Positions 9,928 through 22,879 of a DNA stretch of 42,691 nucleotides are shown one piece after another. Every line of letters starts with the position of its first letter. Position 1 is the first letter of the stretch. The stretch lies in contig NW_021834879.1 of NCBI RefSeq assembly GCF_006345805.1, positions 1 to 42,691 of the forward strand, written 5' to 3'. This stretch comes from Octopus sinensis. Lineage: Eukaryota. The notes below the pieces were generated by a model, which was not told the DNA's origin, made no database searches, and was given only the letters and a program-made list of their open reading frames with translations. Position numbers and translations under genes: made by a program.

Positions 9928-12900
9928 ATGCTCAGAATAGGTAGTATAAATGTACGTGGCTTGGGGTCGCCTTGGAAACAAGGCTACCTGTTAAATGACA
10001 TCAAGTCACTAAATCTGAATATCATAGCCATCAGCAGTGAGACCAGACTCCACAGCTTGCGGGCACTCCAGCACATTTTCGGTACACATTTCAACATTTA
10101 TTTTTCTCCGTGTCTACCGAGAATGGGCGGAGGTGGCACCGCGGTGCTTATCCGGAAGAGTCTGGATCTCAAAGTAAGAGCAAATTTCCTAGACCCGGAG
10201 GGTAGGCTGGTCGTTTTGGATGTCGATGGCAGCAATGAGTGTGCTTTTCGACTGATAGCAGTTTATGCTCCGTCCTTAACAGGCCGACCAGATTTCTTTC
10301 GACGTCTAGAGTCTTTCATGGGAACGTCTCGTCCTTTACTTTTAGTGGGGGATTGGAATGCACCCTGGACACGCATCTAGACTACGTGGCCAGAGATAGC
10401 AATAGAAGGGGATGCAAATGCCTCAAAGACCTGCTCAGACGTTTCCAACTGTCTGACAGGTACCGACTGGACCACCGAATGTGCCAATGTGGACATGGAG
10501 TAACCGCATCGGGTCGTCCAGATCATACTTAGATAGAGTTTTCTGTAGGACAATAGATAAAAATAGTGTAGGTTGTCCACAATTCATATAGTCAGTTACA
10601 CAGATCACAAGTTTGTGACTTGTACACTTGACTTAGATAAGACACAGGCAGGGTCCTGGTTACTGGAAAACTGAACGCGTCTTTTACAGCACGACAGGTT
10701 TACAGGGACCGGATCAGCACATAGTTAAGAGATCTTTGACGGGTACCATCATCAACAACAGATGGTGGTATGCCCTAAAAAAAGCGATTAAAGCAGAATC
10801 AGTCAGATACAGTAGAGCCCTAGCATTAGACCGAAATAGAATAGAGGGAGATTTAGTTAAGGTTTAGAAGAGGCACTTAGAACTGGCATCGCGTCCAACG
10901 TACTGGCGGCGAGATTGGCCCTCGACCAACACCTCAACGCCAAACACGAGGGAGGGATGCGTTTGTCAGAGCTAGGATGCGTGCTCTGAGGACGAAGGAG
11001 TTTGGAGAGACCGCAAGACGCACGGGCAACAGCCACCATCAAGTCTCTTATAGATGAACAGGGGCGCGAATTGCTCGAGCCTAAAAGGATGTGTGGGGTT
11101 TTTCAACAACACTTCACCCAACTGTTTGGGGACAAGTGGTGAGTCAGAAAGCAGAGTAGACTTTAGTGCCTACCTGCATGCCTTGCCACGACTCTCAGCA
11201 AGGGGGTGGAGTCTTGTGAAAAGCCTATCACAGCTGCGGACGTACAGGATGCGATGGTAGGCTGCGCGAGAGACAAGTCACCAGGCTTGGATGGTCTGCC
11301 CTACGAATTTTATTTCATATGCCAGACTTGTTTGGAGGCGTCTTGGCAGCTGTCTACTGCAACTGGCAGCAGAACGGGAGTATTCTGCTTTGTAAAGCGA
11401 GGGCAGTGGCACTGATCAAGAAAGACCCAAACAAGGGGGGACGCCATAGATAATTTCAGGCCCATCACTCTGCTCAACGCAGATTTGAAAATTTTGGCCA
11501 AGGTGTTAGCCGAGAGGTTGGCGCTTGTCATCAAGAAACTAATCGACAAGGCGCAAACATGCGCCGTGCCGGGTAGAAGTATTCATGACAACCTCACCTG
11601 ATGCGCTACATCATAGACAGGGTAGTTAAAAATCCTGGCATGGGTGGGGCGCTGATCAATTTGGATCAATCAAAAGCCTTCGATAGGGTAGGACCATCAC
11701 TACTTGGAGGCTGTCCTCAAAGCGGCTGGTTTCGGTCCAGTTTTCCGCGGTTGGATCGCTGCCTTATACAGCGGCATCCGCTCAGTAGTTCGCGTAAATG
11801 GTCATCTATCCAGACCTTTTAACATCATGCGTTCGGTTCGTCAGGGATGCCCCCTCTCATCGCTGCTGTATGTACTGACTCTTGAGGCCACTACTGCGGG
11901 AACTGGCGACGCTGAGGGGCATCCCACGAGAGCTGGGATGCGGGAGGAGCGTGTCTGCATACGCGGATGACGTCACCGTCATAGTGTCGAACTACGAGCA
12001 CATCGAGCTGGTCGGGCGAGACACTGAAAGAATACGAAGCGGAACGGGAGCAAAAATAACCGGGAAAAGTCAGTGGGCTGCGGCTCGGCACCTGGAGAAG
12101 CAAGCCCATGCCGTCCAACAGCGTCTCCATAGTGGGACGCTGACGGACGGACCGGTTAAATTGCTCGGGTCTGGTTCGGTCCGGACCTCAAATGGAGAAG
12201 AACTGGGGCGAGATAACGACTAGGGTGGCTACTCTCACCCAGAAATGGACTGAGAGAAAGCTATCCCTAAAAGGTCGGGCGGAGGTGGCGAACGCGTACA
12301 TCGCATCCGTCATCGAGTATCGTCTGACCGTCGTGCCTTGGTCCAACCTACCATCACCAAACTGGAACGCATACTCTTCCGCTTCTTGTGGAAGGGAAAC
12401 GTTCCGATGGTTAGGCGATCCATTTGCTGCCAACACCCGCTAAATGGAGGGCTGGGCATGCCGTGGTTGATGAGCGCAGACATGCGCTGAGACTGCGACA
12501 TCTCCGGCGCTTCATAGACAACGGTGAACAGGGGTGGTCGCCTTTTGTGCGGCGCGCTTCCCGCAGACAGTCGTCTCCTTGGACGAACTACAGTCATGGA
12601 TCAAGCAGAGACCGAGGCTAGGCGAATGGTACCGGCGAGTGTCGCGTTGCTCTCAAGCAAACTCTGCCGTCGGGATCGAACTTGTGCGACTCCATCACAA
12701 CAAAGGCATTCTATAGAGGATTAGTGGAGGGGAGGTGCGACGACGAACTCGGGCAGAGTCTGGGCGTCGACGAGGAACACCTGACCCGCCTGTTCAGGAC
12801 AACTTCGGGCCGGGACCTATGAACAATCACCAAAGATCCTGGCTGGCAGTGCTATCGAGAAGCATTACCTGTTCGGGATAAGCTCTACAGACACGGTTCC

Positions 12901-13338
12901 AGACACACTGGACCGACTTGCCCGAGATGCGGTCAGAGCGACGAAACCGTTCTGCACGCACTCGTGCAATGTCCAACCATTTCCGACCTGTGGGCTTATG
13001 CCGAACAACTGCTGTCACGTGTGGGACGAATCCGCCTATCGGCCGAGTCTATCGTGAGGATTGCTCCGCTCCCTTCCCTCAACCGGGAAGGCAAGGCAGT
13101 TTTCATCGTACTGGTGGCCATGGTGAAAGAATGTGTGTGGTGGACTCGAGCGAAAGGATTAGAGACAAACACTTACCTCTCTGGCCAATCGCTCATCAAC
13201 TTTTTCAAGTACCACTTGAAAAGGAAGGTGAGAATGGAGAGGGAAGTTTTGTCTCGCGAAAGATTCAAAAAAAGATGGGTGAATGTTGCAAAGATGGTGC
13301 GTGCTAGTAACGAAACCATTTTGAGCATGATCCTGTAG
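9928..13338 (+). pseudogene. Tx1-like ORF2: AP endonuclease + reverse transcriptase + C-terminal CCHC, multiply frameshifted
   Basis: APE motifs: IGSINVRGL, ETRL, AVYAP, LVGDWNA, YLDRV, TDHK. RT motifs: KSPGLDGLPYEFY (~11275), RPITLLNADLKILAKVL (~11458), LDQSKAFDRV (~11661), RQGCPLS (~11839), AYADDV (~11957). C-terminal CPRCGQSDETVLHALVQC (~12915-12970). Stop at 13338. Confidence 0.92.
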
Positions 13339-13636
13339 ATCGTAAAAAAGAAAGAAAGAGAGCATTTTGATCTCATGTGTTTATTTCCTCCTGACTGGGT
13401 TCCCGTGGTCTTTTCTGTAGGCTTTTCTTCCCACGGATGAACCCATCTTGTTATATCAATGTTTACACCATTATTTCTGTGATACACGATTTTCTTTATT
13501 TTCCTTTTTTTTCCTCCTCTCGATCCCTTTTGATCGCAATCTTAATTTTTTATTTTTTTCCACCCTCGAAAGAAAAGCTCTGCATTTGTATTTGTCCCCT
13601 CTGTATTCAGCCCTGTGTGGCTAATAAAAGAAAGTT

Positions 13637-13885
13637 ATCTATCTATATATCTATCTATCTATCTATTTATCTATTTATCTATCTATCTATTATCTATCTA
13701 CATATCTATTTGCCTATCTATCTATCTATTAATCTATCTATAAAATCTATATAATCGTTATATATATTACTATATATATATTATATATATATATACACAT
13801 ATACATCATATACTTAGACGCGCATTAATATATATATATATATATATATTATATAATATCTATTATATATATATATATATAATAT
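13637..13885. repeat. (TATC)n grading into (TA)n, right flank of the Tx1 element
   Basis: Direct reading. Confidence 0.95.
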
Positions 13886-13890
13886 AATTA

Positions 13891-14866
13891 CAACAATTGA
13901 GGTAAAATTATTAATATCAATTTCACCAAGTATTCAGTATGCAAAGGACCATTAAGGCGAATTCAAATTATTACATTATATAAAAGAGCTTAGTAAAATA
14001 AATTACTTTGGCCGCATACTGAACTCATTAGAAATAGCAGCTAAAAAAACTTTTTTAAAACTATTTCTAATACTTAAAGAAACCTCTCTCATATAGTGTT
14101 TGCTCAATTCAACTCACGTTCTCAAATAACCTTTGCATTTGAGTTTTTTTAATGTCTCTACCCCCATACATTCGTGAGTTGAATTGAGCAAACACTATAT
14201 GAGAGAGGTTTTCTTTAAGTATTAGAAATAGTTTTAAAAAAGTTTTTTTTAGCTGCTATTTCTAATGTATGCGGCAAAGTAATTTATTTTACTAAGCCCT
14301 TTTATATAATGTAAATTTGAATTCGCCTTAAATGGTCCCTTTGCATACTGAATACTTGGTGAAATTGATTAATTAATTAATTTTACCCTCATTGTTGAAA
14401 TTATAATTCATCTCTCTCTATATAATGCCTCGGATTTTACCGAAAAAAGCATAGTGTTTGCTGATTTTAACCCACGCTGGTGGAAAGGGAGAGCAGAAAT
14501 TCTTCGCTTGCATTTTTGAGTTTGTTGGCACTGTTAGTTTCGAGTAGATCTTCAGAAGCGATAAGAAGCCGAAAGGGTATGCTCCCACTTTCAGTGTTTT
14601 CAAATCCAAACCAGGGAGTTCTGAGCTGATGATAGAAATGTCGAGTTTGACTCATCTTGAAACGTACGTTCTCAAATAACCTTTGCATTTGATTTTTTTA
14701 ATGTCTCTACCCACCTATACTACTTTCGTGAGTTGAATTGAGCAAACACTATATGAGAGAGGTTTTCTTTAAGTATTAGAAATAGTTTTAAAAAAGTTTT
14801 TTTTAGCTGCTATTTCTAATGAGTTCAGTATGCGGCAAAGTAATTTTTTTTACTAAGCCCTTTATA

Positions 14867-14870
<4 letters not shown>
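13891..14870. mobile_element. Penelope-like remnant with inverted plus tandem pLTR arrangement
   Basis: Inverted arms 13891-14118 / 14173-14397. Direct repeat ~14116-14310 vs ~14666-14870. Hammerhead at 14622-14674. (TA)n on both flanks. Confidence 0.7.
14622..14674 (+). ncRNA. Type I hammerhead ribozyme motif
   Basis: UGAG-CUGAUGA-[bulged stem II, GAGU/ACUC]-GAAAC-GUAC-GUU-CUCA. Confidence 0.6.
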
Positions 14871-14941
<71 letters not shown>

Positions 14942-15389
14942 GTATATATATACATATGTTAGTGTTGATATATGTTGCATATGTGTGTGTAGACCTACAT
15001 TCCTACCTTTCTGCCTACTTATATCTATATGTGTGTATGTTTGTGAGTGTGTATGCATGTGTCTTGTGTATGAGCGTTAGGCTCTACATAATTTATAACT
15101 GAGGAAAAAGTATACGAATATGAATACTCAAACGGAATTCGCCACACACACAAACACCCATACAAACACGCGTACACCTATCTGTACGTATAGCCGAGCA
15201 CCGTTTTTCTACGTATGTACGTATCAATACTAATAAATCCTCACAGTTCTGAAATCTATAAAACTTGTTGAAATAAATATCTGAGGAATATTTCTTAATG
15301 ACGTTATATATTTATCTTGCACAAATTCAAGATTAATGTATAACTTAATTAACAATTCCAAATATTTTCTGCCCAAAAAATTATATTAT

Positions 15390-15412
15390 TAGTATACATA
15401 CACACATAAATG

Positions 15413-15510
<98 letters not shown>

Positions 15511-15511
15511 T

Positions 15512-15562
<51 letters not shown>

Positions 15563-15569
15563 CTTTCTC

Positions 15570-15604
<35 letters not shown>

Positions 15605-15771
15605 TATACACACACAAATATATATGTACATATGTGTACATATACATACATATGTATATATATTTAAATAAATTTATATATGTAATTATATACCACACAT
15701 ATATGCATTTATATATAACACACACACACAACATATATATATATATATATAGATATATATATATCTTTCTC

Positions 15772-15806
<35 letters not shown>

Positions 15807-16190
15807 TATACACCACACAAATATATATGTATGTGCTATGTTTACATATACATACTATGTATATATATTTAAATAAATTATATATATGTAATTATATACA
15901 CACACATATATGCATTTATATATACACACACATGTATGTATTTGTATATACACACGTGCATTTCTAAATAATAACCGTGAATAATTATCAGTAGGTATAT
16001 ATATATATGTATAAATATATACACACATACATACACACACACTCACGCACACGAACAAACACACACATAAGTATATATATTTAATTATATATATATATAT
16101 ATATATATAAAAGTACATGTATTATATATATATATATATGCATAGTTCTATGTTTATAAAAATTAATTATTTGGCGTATATCTATCATTT

Positions 16191-16229
<39 letters not shown>

Positions 16230-16275
16230 TATATAATATATAATATATACACATATATATATATTATATATATAC
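15390..16275. repeat. Compound (TA)/(CA) microsatellite with an internal ~200-bp tandem duplication
   Basis: ATATCTTTCTCGTATATA...TTTAAATAAAT.TATATATGTAATTATATAC occurs at ~15560 and ~15760. Confidence 0.9.
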
Positions 16276-16584
16276 ATACATAATACATTCAAGCATGTTT
16301 GTAATAATGATTATTACGTGTATAGTTATAATTATATATATGTGTATGTGTGTTTGTGCGTATATAATTAGAATTACTCTACATATAATTATCGTTGTAT
16401 GTGCAAATATATGTTTATATATAAAGCCTTTTATTGCTAGTTTTATTCTTTGCACAGCGTCCATGCTGGAGCAGAAGCTCAAATAGGGCCGCCGACCAAA
16501 CCGACACCAATCCCATTTTTTAAAATTCAAGTATTTACAGCATCCCGACGGCATTTTTTCGCAATTTTTCAACTACCAATATTG

Positions 16585-16860
16585 CACATTATTACCTCCG
16601 CCTTAGCGAAGGCGGAAGTATGGTCTTTTAGTCGTGTTGGTTTGTTTGTTCGAGGACGAGATATCTCAAGAACCGGTGGATGAATTCGGATGAAACTTCC
16701 AGGGACATTTGGCCTTGTGATTGGCACGAACTGATTAGATTTTGGGATAGATCCGTTGCCAGACAAGGATTCTAGATTATTTTTCCTGTTTTTTTTTTTC
16801 ACTTAATTTTTTAGAGCAGTCGGGTTCATTTTCAGTATTCTCGTTTGTGAGAGCTTAACT
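16585..16860 (+). mobile_element. Non-autonomous Helentron-like (HINE/DINE-type) element fragment
   Basis: Starts ATTATTACCTCCGCCTTAGCGAAGGCGGAAGTAT (hairpin CCGCCT-tagcga-AGGCGG), then GTTTGTTTGTT...GATATCTCAAGAACC..GGATGAAACTT..GATTAGATTTTGG, the pattern of the widespread 'tacctccgcc' elements. Confidence 0.55.
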
Positions 16861-16921
16861 CAGATATTTTAGATATTCTCATTTAAAAAATTATCTCTGG
16901 TTGAACGTTAAGTAGCCCGAC

Positions 16922-16967
<46 letters not shown>

Positions 16968-16979
16968 ATGTGTGTATAC

Positions 16980-17185
16980 GTTTGTGTGTCTGTGTTTGTC
17001 CCCCAACATCGCTTGACAACCGATGCTGATGTGTTACGTCCAAGTAACTTAGCGGTTCGGCAAAAGGGACCGATAGAATTAGTAGTACGCTTACAAAGTA
17101 TAAGTCCTGGGGTCGATTTGTTCGACTAAAGGCGGTGCTCCAGCATGGCCACAGTCAAATGACTGAAACAAGTAAAAGAGTAAAA
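16980..17185 (+). mobile_element. SINE family B, 3' half
   Basis: Matches ~22375-22570. Confidence 0.88.
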
Positions 17186-17208
17186 GTGTGTATATATATA
17201 TATAACCT

Positions 17209-17262
<54 letters not shown>

Positions 17263-17774
17263 ATATTATATACATTACGTTATTCTACATATGTACTTAT
17301 TCATAAATTCCTACAACCACGCACGGACACACACACAGCTACCAACATAAGTATTTTGCTGATTGCTTCTGCGAAGACAAAGACAAGAAAATGGTCAAAT
17401 TATAATTCCATATAACTACATTCTATATAGTTATGCAGTTGTTTCAAAAGCGTAGCCTGTAAAGAGACATGCTTCGCAGCGAAACGCGAAACATCTCTGA
17501 ATCATATATATATAGATATACAGGTATATATATTTATATACTCGTACACGCATGTATACATATGTGTGGATGTATGTGAAATTTGAATGCGCGCGCGTGG
17601 GTGTATCTGTTTTATGTTTTAATTGTTCTACATCAATGGTAAACTAGAACAGATGACATGAATAGTTGAAACGAAATAATGGTTTGAAGAATTTACTTCA
17701 AAGATTCAACCTGGAGATTAATGGAAGAAAACATAGAAGGAAAAATAAAATTGGAAATTTTTACATGGATTGAT

Positions 17775-18520
<746 letters not shown>

Positions 18521-19029
18521 AAATGCTTATACATATGTACTTACAAGTGGGCGTACGCATGTGCAGACGCATATGAGTAGGTATTATTTAACTATATACT
18601 TATGCAAATATATATTACTTGTCCGTACTGAAGGAATCGTTAATATATAAGCATATGTTTATAATGTATATATATATATAATGTATATATACATACAATT
18701 ATATGAATGCATTTTACACACATATTGTCACTGATACATACATATATACATACATATATATTCTATGCGCATAATACATACATATGTGTATGAACGCCTG
18801 TATACTTGTACACGATTTTGCATGTATATTTATGAATGGACACATATATACAATTGAAAAAGATGATTGTGTGCGTGTGTATCCATGAAATAAAACCAGA
18901 ATCAATAATTTTAGAGATTTCTTTTGTATCGATGATCAACTCAAACTTTATTCAGCCCAGGGTCACGTTCCCCTTTCATGAGAGTGTAGATCAAGTAAAA
19001 TGTTCCAAACACAAAGTGGGATTATATTT

Positions 19030-19262
19030 GGCAGTGGTGAGCTGGCAGAATCGTTAGCACCCCGGGTGAAATGCGTAACCGTATTTCGTCTGACGTTACG
19101 TTCTGAGTTCAGATTCCGCCGAGGTCGACTCTGCCTTTCATCCTTTCGGGGTCGATAAATAAAGTACCAGTTTCGCATTGGGGTCGATATAATTGACTTA
19201 ATCCGTTTGTCTGTCCTTGTTTGTCCCCTCTATGTTTAGCCCCTTGAGGGCAATAAAGAAAT
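19030..19262 (+). mobile_element. SINE family A, full copy
   Basis: Head, core and tail as at 3541-3775. Approximate TSD TATATTT(TT)GGCAGTG on both sides. Confidence 0.9.
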
Positions 19263-19609
19263 ATATTTTTGGCAGTGCCTGTATCTGTGGTCTCATTAGT
19301 TTCTACGTAGAGAATACTCTGCGAAAAAGACCCCATTGTATCGCGTCTTGTTTGCAAGGCATGATATATTTTTTTTATCCAGGAGTCCTAATGGACGCCC
19401 CTTAGTTGAACTAAGGGTTTTCATGCCCTATTGGCCATTACATTGTAATAGAAACCACCCTAGCCATAGTTATCTTCCTTCATGTGACGCGAGATTTGGG
19501 TACCAACTATATACAAACTTTTCTTTAAACTCGATAATCATCTCATTAGCATTAACGACAAATCTTGCAATCTGGCCACTGACCGCGAAAGGATTAAAGG
19601 CAAAAAATA

Positions 19610-19710
19610 AAAACCGACCTTGGCGTGATTTGAACTCCGAACACGTAGACGGATGTCGTACTAAGCAATTTGCTTGGCGTGCTAACGATTCTGCCAGTTC
19701 GCCGCCTTAA
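19610..19710 (-). mobile_element. SINE family A, head fragment
   Basis: GATTTGAACTC...GGCGTGCTAACGATTCTGCCAGTTCGCCGCC is the reverse complement of the family A head. Confidence 0.75.
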
Positions 19711-20169
19711 AAAGATATTGATAATATTATACCATAGAGAATCTAAACCGAACGAAAATAATAAAGAGAGAAAGAAAGAAAGAAATGGAGTGAGTGAAAG
19801 GGAGAGAGAGAGGAAAAAGACGATGAGAAATATGATTGGTTAGGACAAGAGTGCATATGGTTACGAAAAGCATTGAGAAAATGCTATTGGAACGAGAGCC
19901 AAACCCTAATGACCAGGAATACTGCATAGAACGTCATACGATTTCTGATATATGCACGTTGCAGCGTATGTAATATCCAGATATATGTTATATGGACGTG
20001 TAATATCCAACATGTGTCTCGAATGAGCAAACATGGCTACCAGCCAAATTATTATGTGTATTAACTATAACCACCTTACGGGGAAAAGGCAAGATATATC
20101 ACCAGCAATCTCTATTCGTATATTGTCCCTACGTCAATATATGAATGGTTATACACACATATCTCTGTG

Positions 20170-20184
20170 AGTGTACGTGCGTGC

Positions 20185-20230
<46 letters not shown>

Positions 20231-20466
20231 TCATATACATATACACGTATTAGTGTGTATGTGCACATATATACGTATATTGTGTGTTTATACTTGCGTG
20301 TGCGCGCGTGCATATGTATATATTGACACAAATGTAAATATGCATAAGTATATGTATGTATATATATACATATATATCTACACTTGCATATATACATATA
20401 CGTTTGTACATATTATATATATATATACATATTTGCATATTATACATATATTATATATGTATAGAC

Positions 20467-20497
<31 letters not shown>

Positions 20498-20829
20498 ACA
20501 TATATATATATACGTATACATACGTACACACACAGACATATATATATATATATTATATATACACATATATATTGAGATTGCAACAGACCCAATTAAGCTG
20601 CTGGAACTTCTCTTCCATTGCAATATTGTAGATTTGAAAATATATGCGTGTGAGTAAGTATGTATGTATGTATAAGTATGTACGTATGTATGTAAGTATA
20701 TAGGTATATATGTGTGGATGCATGTTCGATGGTATGGAGGCATGTATATATATTTCTATCTTTCTATCTCTCTCCCCTCTCTCTCTCTCTATATATATAT
20801 ATGTACTAATAGGTATATGCGTGCAACTC

Positions 20830-20882
<53 letters not shown>

Positions 20883-20900
20883 ATGCATATATGTATATAC
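20170..20900. repeat. Compound (TA)n/(TG)n microsatellite block
   Basis: Direct reading. Confidence 0.9.
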
Positions 20901-21109
20901 ATACATACGTGCGCACATACATATTACGACATGAGTGCTGGCACATATGTAGCTTTGTGGCTGTGCATATGTATGTGTGTGTATTGTGTGTGTGTCAGTG
21001 TGTATGTGTGTATTTGTGCACATACAGTCATAGCATTCATGCTGTCCTCCTCTCTATAGTTAACAATCACTCTAACCCTGGAAATATCTTTGTCTGCGTA
21101 TATATCTTA

Positions 21110-22170
21110 TATTAGCTTGTTCCGAAAATAATGGCCGCTCTAAATTTTGTGTCTTGAAACGCAGTTGTATCATAGAATTTTTATTATATTTTAGGTGAAT
21201 TTCGACCTACTTAATAACTGATGTATGCACTTTAATACTTTTCTACTTATTTCAGAGACAAAACATTCTTGAAGCATAGGCGCCCTTAATTATGAACATG
21301 AGAGAAAACGACCTTCGCTTTTTTTTTTACATGTGTTCAAGATTGGGAACAATGTCTCCCAAACTGCTGCCAATATCAACAGAAAATGGGGAGAGGAGTC
21401 CACTAGTGATCGCAAAGTACGATCGCACAGAAATTCCGTAGTGGTGATGAGAGCCTTGAAGATGAAGAAGGTAGAGGACAGTCATGCAGTCTTAATAATG
21501 AACAATTGAAAGCAATTGTTGAACAAAACCCACGTCAAAGTGTCAGAGAAATGTCTCAGACACTTGGTGTCGGTATTGCGACGGTCTCACGTAAAATGCA
21601 GAAGATTGGTGAGGTGAAAAAGCTCGATAAATGGGTAACGAATGAGTTCAATGAAAATCAAAGAGTTCAGCGTTTTGAAGTGGGCTCAATGATCTTTCTG
21701 AGAAACACGAATAGTCCTTTTCTTGACCGAATACTCACTTGTGACGAACAGTGGGTCTTTTATGATAACCGTAAATGATCAGGTCAATGGTTTGGTCGTG
21801 ATGAGTTCCCCAACACTTTCCCAAAGCCAAAGTTGCATCAGTAAATAATTATGGTGATTGTCTGGTGGTCTGCAATTGGTGTTGTCCATTACAGCTTTCT
21901 GGAAGCCAATCAGAGCATTAGAGTGAAGGTTTACTGCAATCAATTCGCTGAAATCCATGCTCACTTTCAAAAATATGAGAATTGGTGAATCGGCGTGGCC
22001 CAATTCTGCTCCACGATAATGCAAAGCCACATATTGCAAGAATGACGCTGCAGAAACTCACAGACTTGGGATACGAGACTTTACCACATCCTCCATATTC
22101 TCCTGATCTTTCAACCACTGAATACCATTTTTTAAAGCATTTAAACACGTTTTAAGTGATAAAATTTTCA
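21110..22170 (+). mobile_element. Mariner (Hsmar1/cecropia-like) transposon with left TIR and decayed transposase, 3'-truncated
   Basis: TA + TTAGCTTGTTCCGAAAATAATGGCCG resembles the Hsmar1-type TIR. ATG at 21292. Motifs FRSGDESLEDE, LDKWV, LTCDEQW, LLHDNAKPH, HPPYSPDL. In-frame stops at ~21776 and ~21842. Ends at a SINE at 22171. Confidence 0.92.
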
Positions 22171-22590
22171 GGCGCAGGAGTGGTTGTGTGGTAAGTAGCT
22201 TGTTTACCAACCACATGGTTCCGGGTTCAGTCCCACTGCGTGGAACCTTGGGCAAGTGTCTTCTACTATAGCCTCGGGCCGACCAAAGCCTTGTGAGTGG
22301 ATTTGGTAGACGGAAACTGAAAGAAGCCCGTCATATATATGTATATATATATATATGTGTGCGTGTATGTTTGTGTGTCTGTGTTTGTTCCCCTAGCATT
22401 GCTTGACAATCGATGCTGGTGTGTTTATGTCCCCGTCACTTCGCGATTCGGCAAAAGGGACCGAAAGAATAAGTACTGGGCTTACAAAGAATAAGTCCCG
22501 GGGTCGAGTTGCTCGATTAAAGGCGGTGCTCCAGCATGGCCGCAGTCAAATGACTGAAACAAGTAAAAAGAGAAAAAGAGAGAGAGAGAG
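22171..22590 (+). mobile_element. tRNA-derived SINE family B, full copy
   Basis: Head GGCGCAGGAGTGGTTGTGTGGTAAG..GGTTCAGTCCC, internal TA/TG tract, tail GGCGGTGCTCCAGCATGGCCGCAGTCAAATGACTGAAAC + GA-rich end. Confidence 0.92.
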
Positions 22591-22605
22591 AGGTCCAAAA
22601 CAGAG

Positions 22606-22865
22606 GTGGAATCAGTCCTAATAATGCTTCTAAGAAATTTAGATCCTCTTAAATTATGCGATGGGACAAGGTTGATTGTGAAGACATTACCACCTAATGC
22701 GACAGAAGCTACCATCATCACTGGATGTGCCTCTGGGGGAAGAGGCTTTCATTCCAAGCATTCTAATCAAACCAACAAACACGCCATTTAAGTCCAAACG
22801 AACACAATTGCCAGTGTGACTTTCCTCTGCAATGTCTATAAAGCCCAAGGTCAGTCTTTCAGGAA
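22606..22865 (+). mobile_element. Helitron Pif1-like helicase fragment
   Basis: IMLLRNLDPLKLCDGTRLIVKTLPPNATEATIITG then (frameshifted) FIPSI..PFKSKRTQLPV..AMSIK.QGQS, matching the Pif1 helicase C-terminal motifs LLRNL..LCNGTRL and FPVRLAFAMSINKSQGQS. Confidence 0.85.
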
Positions 22866-22879
22866 GAAATTTTGTTGCA

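Larger units (their letters stand above)
7501..13636 (+). mobile_element. Near full-length Tx1-like (L1 clade) non-LTR retrotransposon: 5'UTR, ORF1, ORF2, 3'UTR with AATAAA
   Basis: Unique sequence starts abruptly after (TATC)n at 7500 and ends at ...CTAATAAAAGAAAGT before (TATC)n resumes at ~13637. Two-ORF layout with CCHC knuckle in ORF1 and APE-RT-CCHC order in ORF2. Confidence 0.9.

Noticed and set aside
14505-14540. CTGAAGA...GAAAC hammerhead look-alike on the minus strand
   Set aside because: No stem II or stem I pairing, and the cleavage position would be G.
22095-22130. Mariner third catalytic residue reads E (SPDLSTTEYH), suggesting a DD34E variant
   Set aside because: The copy has stops and many substitutions, so a single D-to-E change is most simply neutral decay.
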